64,000 nucleotides of DNA from the human T2T-CHM13v2.0 reference genome, Homo sapiens. The DNA is taken from the NCBI RefSeq assembly GCF_009914755.1, contig NC_060929.1; one strand, written 5' to 3'. Each line of letters starts with the position of its first letter. The first letter of the stretch is position 1. Positions 1 through 14,319 of this stretch are shown here, one piece after another. The translations under genes and the position numbers were made by a program. The notes beneath the pieces are model-generated. The model was not told where the DNA came from and did not search any database. It saw only the letters and a program-made list of their open reading frames with translations.

Positions 1-526
1 ACATTCGGCATAAACTTTTAGCACCTATTGAACTACAGCATTTATTCTCTTCAGTGATGTTAACTTCATCAGAAAGTTCATCAATTGTATAAGCTAGATA
101 GCATTTGGCAGATGATTTTATCTTCCCATAATATAGTATGAGCAGAGGTGCACCTACATAGCCCTCCCTCAGAAACATTTCAAAACCCAGTATTGATGAG
201 GGTAGGGCATGTCCAGACTCTAGAGAGGAAACTTGACCTTGGGCTTTGAAGAAGCTCTTTGCCTGAGGGCATTACCCAGAGAGGGATCTGATAATTACTG
301 AGTCACCAATATTCTCAGCAGCTAGTGGGATGGATGCCTTAGTTCTGAGGGAGGGCAAGAAACCACTTCAGTTGTCAAACTATGGCATTATGGAAAATAA
401 AAGACGTGGTTAATACAATTTTCTACATAGAAATCTTTATCTTAGAGTCTGTCTGCCTGGGAACCAGGTAAAAATGACTTAAGTCTCAATACCTGTAATG
501 CATAGTGTTTTAGCCTCTTAGTCCTC

Positions 527-735
527 CAAATGTTGCACTGGTAAGTGTTAAATTACTAGTTTTTCAAAAAGAGGAAAAAAATCCTATTCTGTAACTTTTC
601 CCAATTTTCATAGCATAAATGATGTCATCATGGCTGATTTCAAGCTATCAACATGATGTCACTGAAAGGTGATCTGGGAAAGATGCACATGTGTATTCTG
701 GGGAGTCGCTGTGAACTGGATCCAGCACACCACTG
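527..735 (+). mobile_element. hAT-Blackjack MITE, MER63-like
   Basis: Contains 'catggctgatttcaagctatcaacatgatgtcactgaa' and ends in 'ccagcacaccactg', motifs I recall from the MER63 consensus. Confidence 0.6.
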
Positions 736-899
736 GCTCCTCCTTGGGGAGGATAAAGGCATTTTTATAAAACATATTCAACAATTAAAGTATAATAAAA
801 TGTTGTCTAACTAGAACCTAATTATTAAGATTTTTCTACTATTCCCTTTGCCCACATTTCCACATGGTTTAGGTTTGCAAACTGATATTTCTCAGGCTT

Positions 900-3800
900 C
901 CCCAGGATGAAAAATGAAATCACATTGGCAAAAATAATACAGGAAAAGATGGTTTCGTAGGTAAATTCTACCAAATTTTTAAAGAATAATTAACACCTAT
1001 CCTTTAAAAAAAATCCAAAAGTTGAAGAGGAGTGACCACTTCCAAAGCCAGACAAAGAATGAAATAAAACTACATGCTAATATCTCTGATAAATACAGAT
1101 GCAAACATTCTCAACAAAATACTAGAAAAATGAATAAGCCACACATCAAATGGATTATACACCATGATCAAGTGAGATTTGTCCCTGGGCTACAAGTATA
1201 ATTTCAACATATACAAATCAATTAATGTACATATCACATTAACAGAATGAAGTATAAAAATCACACTATTGTCTCAACAGATGCAGTAACAGGGTTGGAC
1301 AGAATTCAATACCCTTTTATGATAAAAATTCTCAATACACTACAAATAGAAATAAATTATTTTATATAGAATTCAGACAAAAAGAAGCATGAAATATGTC
1401 ATTTTCAGCAACACGGATGAAACTACAGGTCATTATGTTAAGTGAAATAAACCAGGCACAGAAAGACAAATATCACATTTTCTCACTCATACGTGGGAGT
1501 TAAAAAAATGCTGATCTCATGGAAGTAGAGACTAGAATAATATTTACCAAAGGCTGGGAAGGGTATGTGTGGTGGAGGTGGGGTGGGGGAGAGATGAGGA
1601 GAGGTAGGTTTATGTGTACAAATATGCAATTAGATAGAAGGAATAAGTTCTAATGTTTGATAGCACAGCAAGGTGACTACAGTTAACAATATATTTTATA
1701 TTTCAAAACAGCTGGAAGAGAATATTTGAAATGTCCCCAACACAATAAATGATAAATGCTCAAGGTGATAGATATTCTAAATACCCTGACTTGATTACAC
1801 AGTCTATGTGTGTATCAAAATTTCACAATTATACCAAAAATATGTGCAAATATTATGTATCAATTACAAATTTGATAATAAAAGTCTTATGCAATTAAAA
1901 GCAATTAGGAACAGAAATGTAAAACCACATATGGCAAGCTTATAGCATACATCATACTCAGTTGAGATTAATTACACTTTTTTTCTGCAAGGCAAGAATG
2001 CTCACTCTAGTCCTGGCCAGAACAATTAGCCAAGAAAAAAAAGTCATCCAAATTGGAAAGGAAAAAGTAAAATTGTCAGTACTTGCAGATAACATTAACT
2101 TATATATTGAAAACCCTAAACACTCTACCAAAAAGTCGTTAGAGCTAATAAACACATTCAGTAAAGTTGCAGGATACAAAATCAACATACAAAAATTAGT
2201 TGTATTTCTATACCATAACAACGTATCTTTAAGGCTGAAAAATATTCCATTGTATCTAAAAGAAAGTAGCCAAAAAATTTTCTAAAAGCATCAGAGAAAT
2301 AAAGTGCCTAGGAATAAACTTAACTAAAGAGGTAAAATATTAGTTAATCTTAAAAATCTTTGTACACTGAACAGTACAAATATTGATGAAAAAAATTGAA
2401 AACACAAACAAATGGGAAGACATCCCATGTTCATAGATTTAAAGACTTACTATTGTGAAAATGTCCATACTAAACAAAGTGATCTACAGATTCAATGCAA
2501 TCCCTATGAATATTCCAATGGAATTTTTTATAAAAATAAAGAAATAACTTTTTAGTCACATCAATCTTTAGAAAAAGGAACAAAACTAGAGGCATAACCC
2601 TTGCTGATTTCAAATAAATTACAAAGCTATAGCAACTTAGAAATTATGATGCAGGCATAATCTAAACATATAAATCAATAGAAGAGAATGGAAAGCTCAG
2701 AAATAAATCCATCCATATATGGTCAATTGATCTTAGGCAAGGGTGCCAAGAGTACACAGTAGAGAAAAGATAGTCTCTAAAGCAAACAGTATTGAGAAAA
2801 CTGGACATGCAAATGAAAAAAAATAAAACTGGACCCTTATTTTACACTACACACACATAAAAATCCACTAAAATAAATTAATGGACTTAAATGCAAGATC
2901 TAAAACTGTAAAACTCCTAGAAGAAAATACATGGAAATAATTTCATAATAATGTTTTGGGCAATAATTTCATGTATATGATACCAAAAGCACAGGCGACA
3001 AAAGCAAAAATAAGTAAATGAGACTACATCAAGCTAAAAAGCATCTGCAGACAAAGGAAGTAACAAATACAATGAAAAGGCAACCTAAAATTGAGAGAAA
3101 ATATTTATAAACCTCATGTACAATAACGAGTTAATTTCCAAAATATGTAAGAAACTCTTACAACTCAATAAAAAAATACTAATAATCTAATTTTAAAATA
3201 GGCTAAAGCCTTGAATAGAGATTTCTACAAAGGAGACATATAAATGGGCAAAAGGTAAATGAAAAGATGTTCAGTGTCACTAATCATCAGAAAAATGCAA
3301 ATTACAACCACAATGAGATATCATCTCACACTTGTTAAGATGGCTTTTATCAAAAAATAAAATATGAGAACTATTGGTGAATGTGAAGCAATTGGAACTA
3401 TTGTGACCTGTTGGTGAGAATGCAAAATAGTGTGACACTATGAAGAACAGTATGAAACCTTCTCAAAAAGATAGAAATAGAACCACCATATGATCTAGCA
3501 GTCCCACTTCTCTGTATTTATTCAAAATAATTAAAATCAAAATATGGAAGAAATATTAGCACTCTCATATTCATTACAGGGCTATTTACAATAGCCAAGA
3601 CATGGAAACAACCTAAACATCCATCATTGGATGGATGGATAAATAAATGTGGTATACTGATATGATGAGATATTATTTAGCTTCAAAAAAAGGAAATTCT
3701 ACATTATACAATAACATGGATGAATCCTGAGTGCACTATCCTAAGTGAAATAAGGCAGTCACAAAATAACAAAAACTGCATGTTTCTACTTATATGACAT

Positions 3801-4068
3801 ATCTAATGTAGTCAGACTCATAGAATGTAGAATGGTGCTTGCCAAGGACAGAAGGTAGGGGAAAATGAGGAGCTGCTAATGAGTGAGCATGAAGTTTTAG
3901 TTATGGAAGATAAATTCTAGAGATCTGCTGAACAGCATTTTGGGTAGAAGCACAACATTGTGCTTACACTTAAAGAATTTTATTATACACTTAAAATTGT
4001 GTTGAGTGCAGATCTCATCTTGTGTTATTATCACAATCAAATAAAATCTAAAAAAGAAAAAGGAAAAA
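900..4068 (+). mobile_element. Old LINE-1 (L1MA/L1MB-type) ORF2 3' half plus 3' UTR, degenerate
   Basis: ORF 1962..2285 reads [30 protein letters not shown] (L1 RT); L1 3' UTR motifs; A-rich tail ~4040-4070. Confidence 0.85.
1372..1884 (+). mobile_element. L1MA 3' end inserted into the older L1
   Basis: L1MA 3' UTR motifs ('ggtcattatgttaagtgaaataaaccaggcacagaaagacaaata', 'tagatagaaggaataagttc') interrupt ORF2-like sequence that resumes at ~1920. Confidence 0.75.
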
Positions 4069-5256
4069 AGAACTAACTGGGTCTTGCAAGATGTTGCCAC
4101 AATTCTATTGACACTATAGTTCTCCTGTCAAGTAAAGCCTTTCTTTCATTGGCCCTGAAATTTACACCAGGAGATGAAAACTGCAGCTTTGCTGAATTTG
4201 ACTAAAGTATAATAGCATGGGAATCTTGGAAATAGGAGTTACTAAATAAGTTATAATTTTTCTTCTTCTTCAGTTTTAATGTTTGTGGGAAGACTACAGA
4301 AGCAGCAGTTGTCTTGCCTTCAGTATGCTCCAGAAATTTTGTTACTTGTTTCTTTTTATTTATTCAAATACACATCAATTTTTTTTATCTTTTGGAGATC
4401 AGACTCAAGTTCAATGGAGCTTAGACTAATATAAAAACACAAAATAATAACCAAATTTTTAGTATTATACATTTCTCTAATGTTTTAACACATATTATCA
4501 ATCCTTGCAAGAGTCCTGTCAGATAAGCAAAATGGGTGTTAATGTTAATTCCATTTTGTAGACAAGTCAGCCAAGACATCAACTTAAATAAAGATAGAAC
4601 TTTGGAGAGATTTAGGACTCTAATCCTCAACCTTTGGCTTGGAGTATGTGTGGAACTGCCACTATACTGCTCTGAATTTATTAAGACAATAGAAAAAACA
4701 GAATTTTTAGAGAGATTTGGCAGTATTGATGGCTTTCTAGTTAAATATTAATGAAAAATGTAATTAAGTTTATCGGAACAAGCATTCCTTAGCAAGGATT
4801 TTGAAAAATATAAATCAGCACACAAACACAAATGTAATTAATACAGATCATTGATTTTTCAGAAAAATACAATTGTTGATGGGGACTGAAATTGATATAA
4901 TACATTATTATCAAAATAGTGATGTTTGGAAGTATTTAATGCCTATCCCCAAAAACCTACCTTCTTCATAAGGCAGAGTTAGTTATTTTGAAAAACCACA
5001 GACAAAAAATCCTCTCTACAGTTTAAAGTATTGAAAATAATGTGTATCTGTAAGGGGTTTTAGTTGCTAACAAGAGACAACACTCCAGATAATTAAAGCA
5101 GAAAATAAATTTATAAATGAATCATAAACACACCAGAAGACCCAAAGAATCTGCTTAAAATATATAAGGATGAGGACACAAATAACATTGAGAATTTAAC
5201 TAGAGAAGTCATATGTCTGGTGAAATGTGAGAGAGAATGAAGTGGTCCATAGGCAC

Positions 5257-5779
5257 TGCATTGGTTTCCTAGGGCTGTTATAACAAAGAACCACAAACTG
5301 GGTGGCTTAGAACAACAGAAATTTATTGTCTCATAGTACTAGAGGCTAGAAGTCCCAAATCAAGTTGTCAGCAGGGCCACGCTCCCTCTAAAATACATAG
5401 AGGAAGCCTTCCTTATATCTTCCTATTTTCTATGTGATCTGCTAGTAATCTTTGCTTTCCTTGGCCTATAATTTTCTATGTGATCTGCTAGTAATCTTTG
5501 GCTTTCCTTGGCCTATAAATGCACCACTCCCATCGTGTTTTCATATGGCATTCACCCTGTGTGTCTCCACATAGCCTTCCTTCTATATGTATCCATCCCT
5601 GTGTCCAAATTTCTCCTTTTGTAAGGACACCAGGCATGTTGGATTAGGGCCCACCCTAATGGCCTCATGTTAATTTGATTACCTCTGTAAAGATTCTGTT
5701 TCCAATCATCACATTCTGAGTTAAGGGAGTTAAGACTTCAACATATTTGTTTTGAGGGGACACAGTCCAACACATAATA
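5257..5779 (-). mobile_element. MaLR solo LTR (MLT1B/C-like)
   Basis: 'agggctgttataacaaagaaccacaaactgggtggcttagaacaacagaaatttattgtctca' ... 'ggattagggcccaccctaatg' ... 'cataata' termini. Confidence 0.85.
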
Positions 5780-5810
5780 ATCATTAAAACAAAAACAAAA
5801 ACAAATTGCA

Positions 5811-6117
5811 GGCCAGGCACAGTGGCTCACACCTGTAATCACAGCACTCTGGGAGGCCAAGCTGGGAGGACTACTTTGGCCCAGGAGTTTGAGAACAGAC
5901 TAGGTAACATAGTGCAACCCCATCTCTACAAAAAATAAAAAATCAGCTGGGCATGGTGGCTCACGCCTGTAGGCCCAGCTACTCAGAAGGCTGAGGTGGC
6001 AGGATCGCTTGAGCCCCAAAGTTTGAGACTACATTGAGCCATGATTGTACCACTGCATTCCAGCTTGGACAATAGAGGGAGACCCTGTCTCAAAATGAAA
6101 ACAAACAAACAGACAAA
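5811..6117 (+). mobile_element. Alu (AluJ-like)
   Basis: ggccaggcacagtggctcac... dimeric structure with 'aggatcgcttgagccc' and an A-rich tail. Confidence 0.95.
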
Positions 6118-6220
6118 TTATGCTAAGATCTTGTAACAAAGAATTACAAAACAAAATTTAAAAATCAATACAATATGAAAAGTTTCTAAAAACTACAAAG
6201 TACTTTGAAACAAAGTGGAC

Positions 6221-9200
6221 AAGTCCTTTTCTGCGTCTATTGAGATAATCATGTGATTTTTGTCATTGGTTCTGTTTATGTGATGGATTACATTTATTGA
6301 TTCGCGTATGTTGAACCAGCCTTGCATCCTAGGTATAAAGCCAACTTGATCGTGGTGGATAAGCTTTTTGATGTGCTGCTGGATTCGATTTGCAAGTATT
6401 TTATTGAAGATTTTCTCATCTATGTTCATCAGGGATATTGACCTGAAGTTTTCTTTTCTTGTTGTGTTTCTGCCAGGTATTGGTATCAGGATGATGCTGG
6501 CCTCATAAAATGAGTTAGGGAGGGTTCCCTCTTTTTCTGTTGTTTGGAATAGTTTTAGAAGGAATGGCACCAGCTCCTCTTTGTACCTGTGGTAGAAGTT
6601 GGCTGTGAATCCGTCTGGTCCTGGACTTTTTTTAATTGGTAGGCTATTGATTACTGACTCAATTTCAGAACTTGTTACTGGTTTATTCAGGGATTCGACT
6701 TCTTCCTGGGTTAGACTTGGGGGGTGTATGTGTCCAGGAATGTATCCATTTCTTCTAGATTTTCTAGTTTATTTGCATAGGGGTGTTTATAGTATTCAAT
6801 GATGGTAGTTTGTATTTCTGTGGGATCAGTGGTGATCTCCCCTTTATCTTTTTTTATTGCATCTATTTGATTCTTCTCTCTTTCCTTCTGTATTAGCCTG
6901 GCTAGCGGTCTATCTACTTTGTTGATTTTTTTTAAGAAACCAGCTCCTGGATTCATTGATTTTTTTTTGAAGGGTTTTTCATGTCTCCATCTCCTTCAAT
7001 TCTGCTCTGATCTTAGTTATTTCATGTCTTCTGCTAGCTTTTGAATTTGTTTGCTGTTGCTTCTGTAGTTCTTTTAATTGTGATGTTAGGGTGTCAGTTT
7101 TAGATCTTTCCTGCTTTCTCTTGTGGGCATTTAGTGCTGTAAATTTCCCTCTAAACACTGCTTTAAATGTGTCCCAGAGATTCTGGTATGTTGTGTCTTC
7201 ATTCTCATTGGTTTCAAAGAACATCTTTATTTCTGCCTTCATTTTGTTGTTTACCCAGTAGTCATTCAGGAGCAGGTTGTTCAGTTTCCATGTAGTTATG
7301 AGGTTTTCAGTGAGATTCTTAATCCTAAGTTCTAATTTGATTGCACTGTGGTCTGAGAGACTGCTTGTTATGATTTCTGTTCTTTTGCACGTGCTGAGGA
7401 GAGTTTTACTTCCAAATATGTGGTCAATTTTAGAATAAGTGTGATAAGGTGCTAAGAAGAATGTATATGCTGTTGAATTGGGGTGGAGAGATCTGTAGAT
7501 GTCTATTAGGTCCGCTTGGCCCAGAACTGAGTTCAAGTCCTGAATATTCATGTTAATTTTCTGTCTCATTGATCTGTCTAATATTGACAGTGAGGTGTTA
7601 AAGTCTCCCACTATTATTTTGTGGGAGTCTAACACCCCTTCATGCTAAAAACTCTCAATAAACTAGGTATCGATGGAACATATCTCAAAGTAATAAGAGG
7701 TATTTATGACAAACCCACAGCCGATATCATACTGAAAGGGCAAAAACTGGAAGCTTTCCCTTTGAAATCCGGCATAAGACAAGGATGCCCTATCTCACCA
7801 CACCTATTCAACATAGTATTGAAAGTTCTGGGCAGGGCAATCAGGCAAGATAAAGCAATACAGCGCATTCAAATAGGAAGAGAGGAAGTCCAATTGTCTC
7901 TGTTTGCAGATGACATGATTGTATATTTAGAAAAACCCATCATCTCAGCCCAAAATCTCCTTAAGCTGATAAGCAACTTCAGCAAAGTCTCAGGATACAA
8001 ATTCAACGTACAAAAATCACAAGCATGCCTATACACAAATAACAGACAAACAGAAAGCCAAATCATGAGTAAACTCCCATTCACAATTGCTACTAAGAGA
8101 ATAAAACACCTAGGAATACAACTTACAAGGCATGTGAAAGACCTCTTCAGGGAGAAGTACAAATCACTGCTGAAGGAAATAAGAGAGGACACAAACAAAT
8201 GGAAAATCATTCCATGCTCGTGGATAGGAAGAATCAATATCGTGAAAATGGCCATAGTGCCCAAAGTAATTTACAGATTCAATGCTATCCCCATCAAGCT
8301 ACCACTGACTTTCTTCACAGAATTGGAAAAAACTACTTTAAACTTCATATGGAACCAAAAAAGAGCCCACATATCCAAGACAATCCTGGGCAAGAAGAAC
8401 AAAGCTGGAGGCATCACGCTACCTGACTTCAAACTATACTACAAGTCTACAGTAAACAAAACACCATGATACTGGTACCAAAACAGATATATAGACCAAT
8501 GGAACAGAACGGAGCCCTCAGAAATAACACCACACATCTACAACCATCTGGTCTTTGACAAACCTGACACACATGAGCAATGGGGAAAAGATCCCCTATT
8601 TAATAAATGGTGTTGGGAAAACAGGCTAGTCATATGCAGAAAACTGAAACCGGACCCCTTCCTTACAACTTATACAAAAATCAACTCAAGATGGATCAAA
8701 GACTTAAATGTAAGTCCTAGGACCATAAAACACCTAGAAGAAAACCTGGGCAATACCATTCAGGGCATAGGCATTGGTTTCATGTCTAAAACACCAAAAG
8801 CAATGGCAACAAATGTCAAAATTGACAAATGGGATCTAATTAAACTAAAGAGCTTCTGCACAGGTAAAAGAAACTATCATCAGAGTAAAGAGGGAACCTT
8901 TAGAATGGGAGAAAATTTTTGCAATCTATCCATCTGACAAAGGGTTAATACCCAGAATCTACAAAGAACTTAAACAAATTTACAAGAAAAATCAAACAAC
9001 CCCATCAAAAAATGGGCAAAGGATATGAACAGACACTTTCAAAAGAAGACATTTATGCAGCCAACAGACGTATGAAAAAATGTTAATCATCACTGGTCAT
9101 TAGAGAAATGCAAATCAAAACCACAATGAGATACCATCTCATACCAGTTAGAATAGAGATCATTAAAAAGTCAGCAAACAACAGATGCTGGAGAGGTTGT

Positions 9201-9845
9201 GGAAAAATAGGAACGCTTTTACACTGTTGGTGGGAGTATAAATTAGTTCAACCATTGTGGAAGACAGTGTGACGATTCCTCAAGGATCTAGAACTAGAAA
9301 TACCATTTGACCCAATAATCCCATTATTGGGCATATACCCAAAGGATTATAAATCATTCTACGATAAAGAAACATGCACACGTATATTGATTTTGGCACT
9401 ATTCACAATAGCAAAGGCTTGGAACAAACCCAAATGTCCATCAATGATAGAATGGATTAAGAAAATGTGGTACATGTACACCATGGAATACTATGTAGCC
9501 ATAAAAAAGGATGAGTTCGTGTCCTTTGCAGGGACATGGATGAAGCTGGAAACCATCATTCTCAGCAAACCATCACAAGATCAGAAAACCAAACACTGCA
9601 CGTTCTCACTCATAAGTGGGAACTGAACAATGAGAACATTTGGACACAGGGAGGGGAACATCACACACCTGGGCCTGTCAGGGGTTGGGGGGCTAGGGGA
9701 GTCATAACATTAGGCAAAATACCTAATGTAGGTGATGGGTTGATGGGTGTAGCAAACCAACATGGCACATGTATACCTATGTAACAAAACTGCACATTCT
9801 GCACATGTAACCCAGAACTTAAAATATAATTACATAAATAAATAA
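6221..9845 (+). mobile_element. 5'-inverted L1PA (about L1PA7-8): inverted ORF2 part 6221-7632 (minus), sense part 7633-9845 with 3' UTR and tail
   Basis: Minus ORFs 6193..7635 give EN/RT-region peptides and plus ORF 7642..8469 contains FADD; the two pieces are nearly contiguous in ORF2 (..DAEK / HPFMLKT). Degenerate TSD GAAACAAAGTGGACAA (6207-6222) / GAAATAAAGTGAACAA (9846-9861). Confidence 0.93.
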
Positions 9846-9861
9846 GAAATAAAGTGAACAA

Positions 9862-10208
9862 AGATATACAAAAAAAGTTTAAACACTGAAAACTCCAAAA
9901 CATTGCTAAACAAGATCTAAAGAAGATTTTTAAAGTCTTAAATAGACATGCCATTTTCCTGGATTTGAAGACCCCAGTATTGCAAAGATTATTCTTCTAA
10001 AATTGGGGTATTAATTCAACAAAATTTCCAGCACACATTTCTATGACTTGACTAATTGATGCTAAAATTTACGTGAAAATGCAAAGAAACCTAAAAGTTA
10101 TCTTTAAAACCTAAAAAATCTTTTTAGACAAAGGATAACAAATTTGGAAGAATATCTTATGCTACAATTTAATATAAAGCTGCATTAATTCATATAATGT
10201 GGTATTAC
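9862..10208 (+). mobile_element. Old L1M ORF2 fragment (host of the flanking L1 insertions; resumes ~11743-11800)
   Basis: Degenerate ORF2 motifs 'ctaaaattttacgtgaaaatgcaaag', 'aatgtggtatt' continuing as 'gacagatgaatagatc' after the next insertion. Confidence 0.6.
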
Positions 10209-11742
10209 AGAGTCTGGGTATTAGTCCTTTGTTGGATGCATAGTTTGAAAATATATTCTTCAATTCTGTAGGTTGTCCATTTACTCTGCTGATTATTTCT
10301 TTTGCTGTGCAGAAGCTTTTTAGTATAATTTAGTCCCATTTGTGTATTTTTGTTTTTATCTCATTTGCTTTTGAGGTCTTAGTCATAAATCTTTGCCTAG
10401 GCCAATGTTCTGAAGAGCCTTTCCTTGGTTTTCTTCTATGATTTTTATTGTTTCAGTTATTACATTTAGGTCTTTAATCCATCTTGAGTTAATTTTTGTA
10501 TATGGTGAGAGATAGGGGTCTAGTTTTGTTCTTGTGCACATTGCTATCCAACATTTTCAGCACCACTTACTGAATATGGTGTTTTTTCCCCAGTGTATAC
10601 TTTTGTCAGCTTTGTCAAAGACCACTTGGTTGTAGGTGTGTGACTTTATTTCAAGGTTCTCTATTCTGTTTCATTTATCTATGTCTCTATTTTTATGTTG
10701 GCACAATACTCTTTTGATTACTATACCCTTGTAGTATCATTTGAATTCAGGTAATGTGATGCCTCCAGCTTTGTTATATTTTTGCTTAAAACTTCTTTAG
10801 CTATTTAAGCTCCTTTTTGGTTCTTAATTTTAGGACTAATTAGGACTTAATTTTAGGACTAAATCCAGAATCCACAAGGAAGTCAAACAACTCAACAAGA
10901 AAGACACAACCTCATTAAAAAGTGAGTAAAGGGCAAGAACCGACATTCCTCAAAAGAGACATACAAGTGGCCAAAAGTCATGAAAAAATGCTCAACATCA
11001 CAAATCATCAGAGAAATGCAAATTAAAATAACAGTGAGATACCATCTCACACCAGTTAGAATGGCTATTATCAAAACCTCAGAAAACAACAGATGTTGGT
11101 AGAAATGCTGAAAAAGGGAAACACTTACACACTGCTGGTAGGAATGGAAATTAGTACAACCTCTATGGAAAACAGTATGGAAAGTACTCAAGCAACTAAA
11201 AATAAAACTACCATTTGACCCAGGAAGCCCACTACTGGGTATTTACCCAAAGAAAAAGGAATTGTTATATGCAAAAGACACCTACACTCATATGTTTATT
11301 GTAGCATTATTCACAATAGTAAAGTCATGTGATCAATCAACGTGTCCATCAATGGACAATTGGATAAAGAAAATGTGTTGTATATATACACCATGGAATA
11401 CTTCACAGCCATAAAAAAGAATAAAATTATATCCTTTGCAGCAACATGAATGGAGCTGGAGGCCATTATCCTAAGTGAAGTAACTCAGAAACAGAAAACC
11501 ACATATCTCATATTCACATTGGGTAGACATGGACATACATACAAGGGGTAATAACAGACACTGAAGACTCCAAAAGTGGGGAGGACAAAAGAGGGGTATG
11601 GCTGAAGAATCACCTATTGGGTACAACGTTCACTGTTTGGATGATGGGTACACTGGAAGCCCAAGGTCCACCACTATGCAATATATCATCTAACAAATCT
11701 GCACATGTACCCCCTGAATTTTTAAAAATAAAAATAAAAAAG
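10209..11742 (+). mobile_element. 5'-inverted L1PB4/L1PA17-like element: inverted part 10209-~10835, sense part ~10855-11742
   Basis: Minus ORF2 sequence then plus ORF2 end and 3' UTR ('acctattgggtacaacgttcactg', 'gcacatgtaccccctgaat') with A tail. Confidence 0.85.
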
Positions 11743-12552
11743 AGAGTGAGGACAGATGAATAGATCACTAAAACAGAAAAACCGTTCAGAAGTAGTCACA
11801 CACACATATATATTTTTATTTTCCGAGAGCTTTACTGAATTATGGTTGACATATGATAAATTCCACATATTTCTTATATAAGATTTGATAATTTTTAATG
11901 TGTATATATATATATGAAATCATCACTACAATTAAAAAAACTAATTTTCATCACCTCTAAGAATTTTTTTCTTACGTCCCTTTGTATTTTCTCCCTCTTG
12001 CCATTTCATGTCTTCCTTTGCCCTGATCCCCATGAAACAACTGATCTGACTTTCTGTCACTCTAGATTGGTTTGTACTTTGTAGAATTTTAAATAAATGG
12101 AACATAAACTTGGAGGAAGTATTCTAGAATTTCTACTCAGCATATTAAGATTCACCAACATTATTTCTTATATTAATAGTTCATTCCTTTTCATTTCTAA
12201 GTAATGTTCCATGTTATGAATGTGCCAAAGTTTGCCCATTATCTGTTGATGAACATTTGAATTGTATCTAGTTTGAGGCTTCCACAAATAAAGGTATTAT
12301 GAACATTCATGTGCAACCTTTTGTCTGTACATACATTTTAATTACCTTTGGGTAAGTGCTGATAGAAGAATGGCTAGATCACCTGGCAGCTGGAGGTTAA
12401 GTTATTTTAAAAGTTGCCAAACTGTTTTGCTGATGGATTTACGATTTTACATTCCTATCAAAGTATGAAGTTCCAGTTGCTACCTATCTTTACGAATAAT
12501 TAGAATTACTAGACTTTTGAATTTTAGATGGTATAATAGGTATGTTGTTATA

Positions 12553-12858
12553 TCTCTTTCTCTCTCTCTCTCTCTTTTTTTGGAGTCTCACTCTGTTGTC
12601 CAGGCTAGAATGCAGTGGTGCCACCTCAGCTCGCTGCAACCTCTGCCTTCCAGGTTCAGGAGATTCTCCTGCCTCAGCCTCCTGAGTAGCTGGGACTACA
12701 GGTATGCACCACCACGCCCAGTTAATTTTTGTATTTTTAGTAGAGAAAGGGTTTCACCATGTTGGCCAGGCTGGTCTCAAACTCCTGACCTCAGGTGATT
12801 TGCCTGCCTCGTCCTCCCAAAGTGCTGGGATTACAGGTGTGAGCCACCGCACCCAGCC
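12553..12858 (-). mobile_element. Alu (AluSx-like) with (TC)n-modified tail
   Basis: 'actcctgacctcaggtgat', 'cccaaagtgctgggattacaggtgtgagccacc'. Confidence 0.95.
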
Positions 12859-14273
12859 TAATTTGTATTTTTCTAATATCTAATAATCCTGAGCATCTTT
12901 TCATTTTGTTTTTTGCCATTCATCTATATCTGTGGTGAAATGCCTGTTCAAATATTTTTCCCACTTCTTTGTTGAGCTGTTTTATTTGTTATTTAAAGCT
13001 TTGGAATGTTTTAACATATTCTGGGCACAAATCTTTTATCAGATACATTTGAAAACATTTTATCCCAATCTGTGGTTTGATTTTTTATTCTCTTCAGCAG
13101 TGATTTTCAAAGAGCAGAAACTCCTAATTGTCTTGAAGTTCATTTTTTCAAGTTTGTCATTTAGGATTCATTGCTTTGATGTCATAGCTAACAAATCTTC
13201 CCTAAACTGAAGTCACAAAAATTTGCTCCTATGTTTTCTTCTATAAGTTTTAGAGTTTAAGGTTTTAAATTTAGGCCTATAATCTATTTCAATGTTTGTT
13301 TTTGCTTTTATGAGTTTTTATATGTTGATGAGTTTGAAATGAAGTTGATTATATTTTATATATGGATATCCAATTTTTCTAGAACATTTTTAGTGGAAAA
13401 CTCACTAAAATGTCTATGCACCTTTACTAAAACTCAATTGACCACATATGCATAAATCTTTATCTAGACTCTCTACATTTTCAAAAATAATTTAGTTAAT
13501 TTAGATCTTTTGCATCTTCATATAAATTTAAAACCAGCTTGTCAATTTCCACAAAGGGTGACTAGAATTTTTATTTATACTGCATCAAACATATGGATCA
13601 TTCTTGCATAAAATAGATATCTTAATAATATTTAGTATTCTAATCCATCATACTACTTATTTAGGTCTTATTTAATATCTCTCAGTAGTATTTTACAGTT
13701 TTCAGTGAGCAAATCTTGCACATTTTTGTCAGATTTATCCTTATCATATTTTAGTGCTATTATAATGATATTATCCCACAATTTTAGTTTGATTATTGTT
13801 AGTATATAGAAATACACTTTATTTTTGCATATTGAATTTGCATTCTTTAATCTTGCTAAACTCACTTATTCTGAAAACTTTTTTGTAAATGATAGTAAAT
13901 TTTCTACATAGAGAATTATGTTGTTTGTGAATCAATATAGATTTACTTATTACTTTCCAAACTAGATGCTATTTTTCTTTTTGGCTTCTTTTCTTATTGC
14001 ATGACCTAGAACATCATGTACATTGTTGAATAGAAATGGTAAGAACAAATATTCTTGGACTGTATCTGATCTAAAGAGAAAATCGTTCAGTCTATCATGA
14101 TAAATGTGACATACTTTATTTTTTATACGTACTTTTATTATTTTAATATAAAAATTAACATTGATTAATGTTCAAATGTAAAGTGACCTTTCATTGCTGA
14201 GATGAGCCCCACTTGGTCATTATGCATTTATCCTTACATGCTCTTGAATTAATTTAGCTAAAATTTAATTTGA

Positions 14274-14319
14274 AGAGAGAGAGAGAGAAAGTGTTTGTGT
14301 GTGTATGTGTGTGTGTGTG
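14274..14319. repeat. (GA)n/(TG)n compound microsatellite
   Basis: agagagagagagagaaagtgtttgtgtgtgtatgtgtgtgtgtgtg. Confidence 0.85.
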
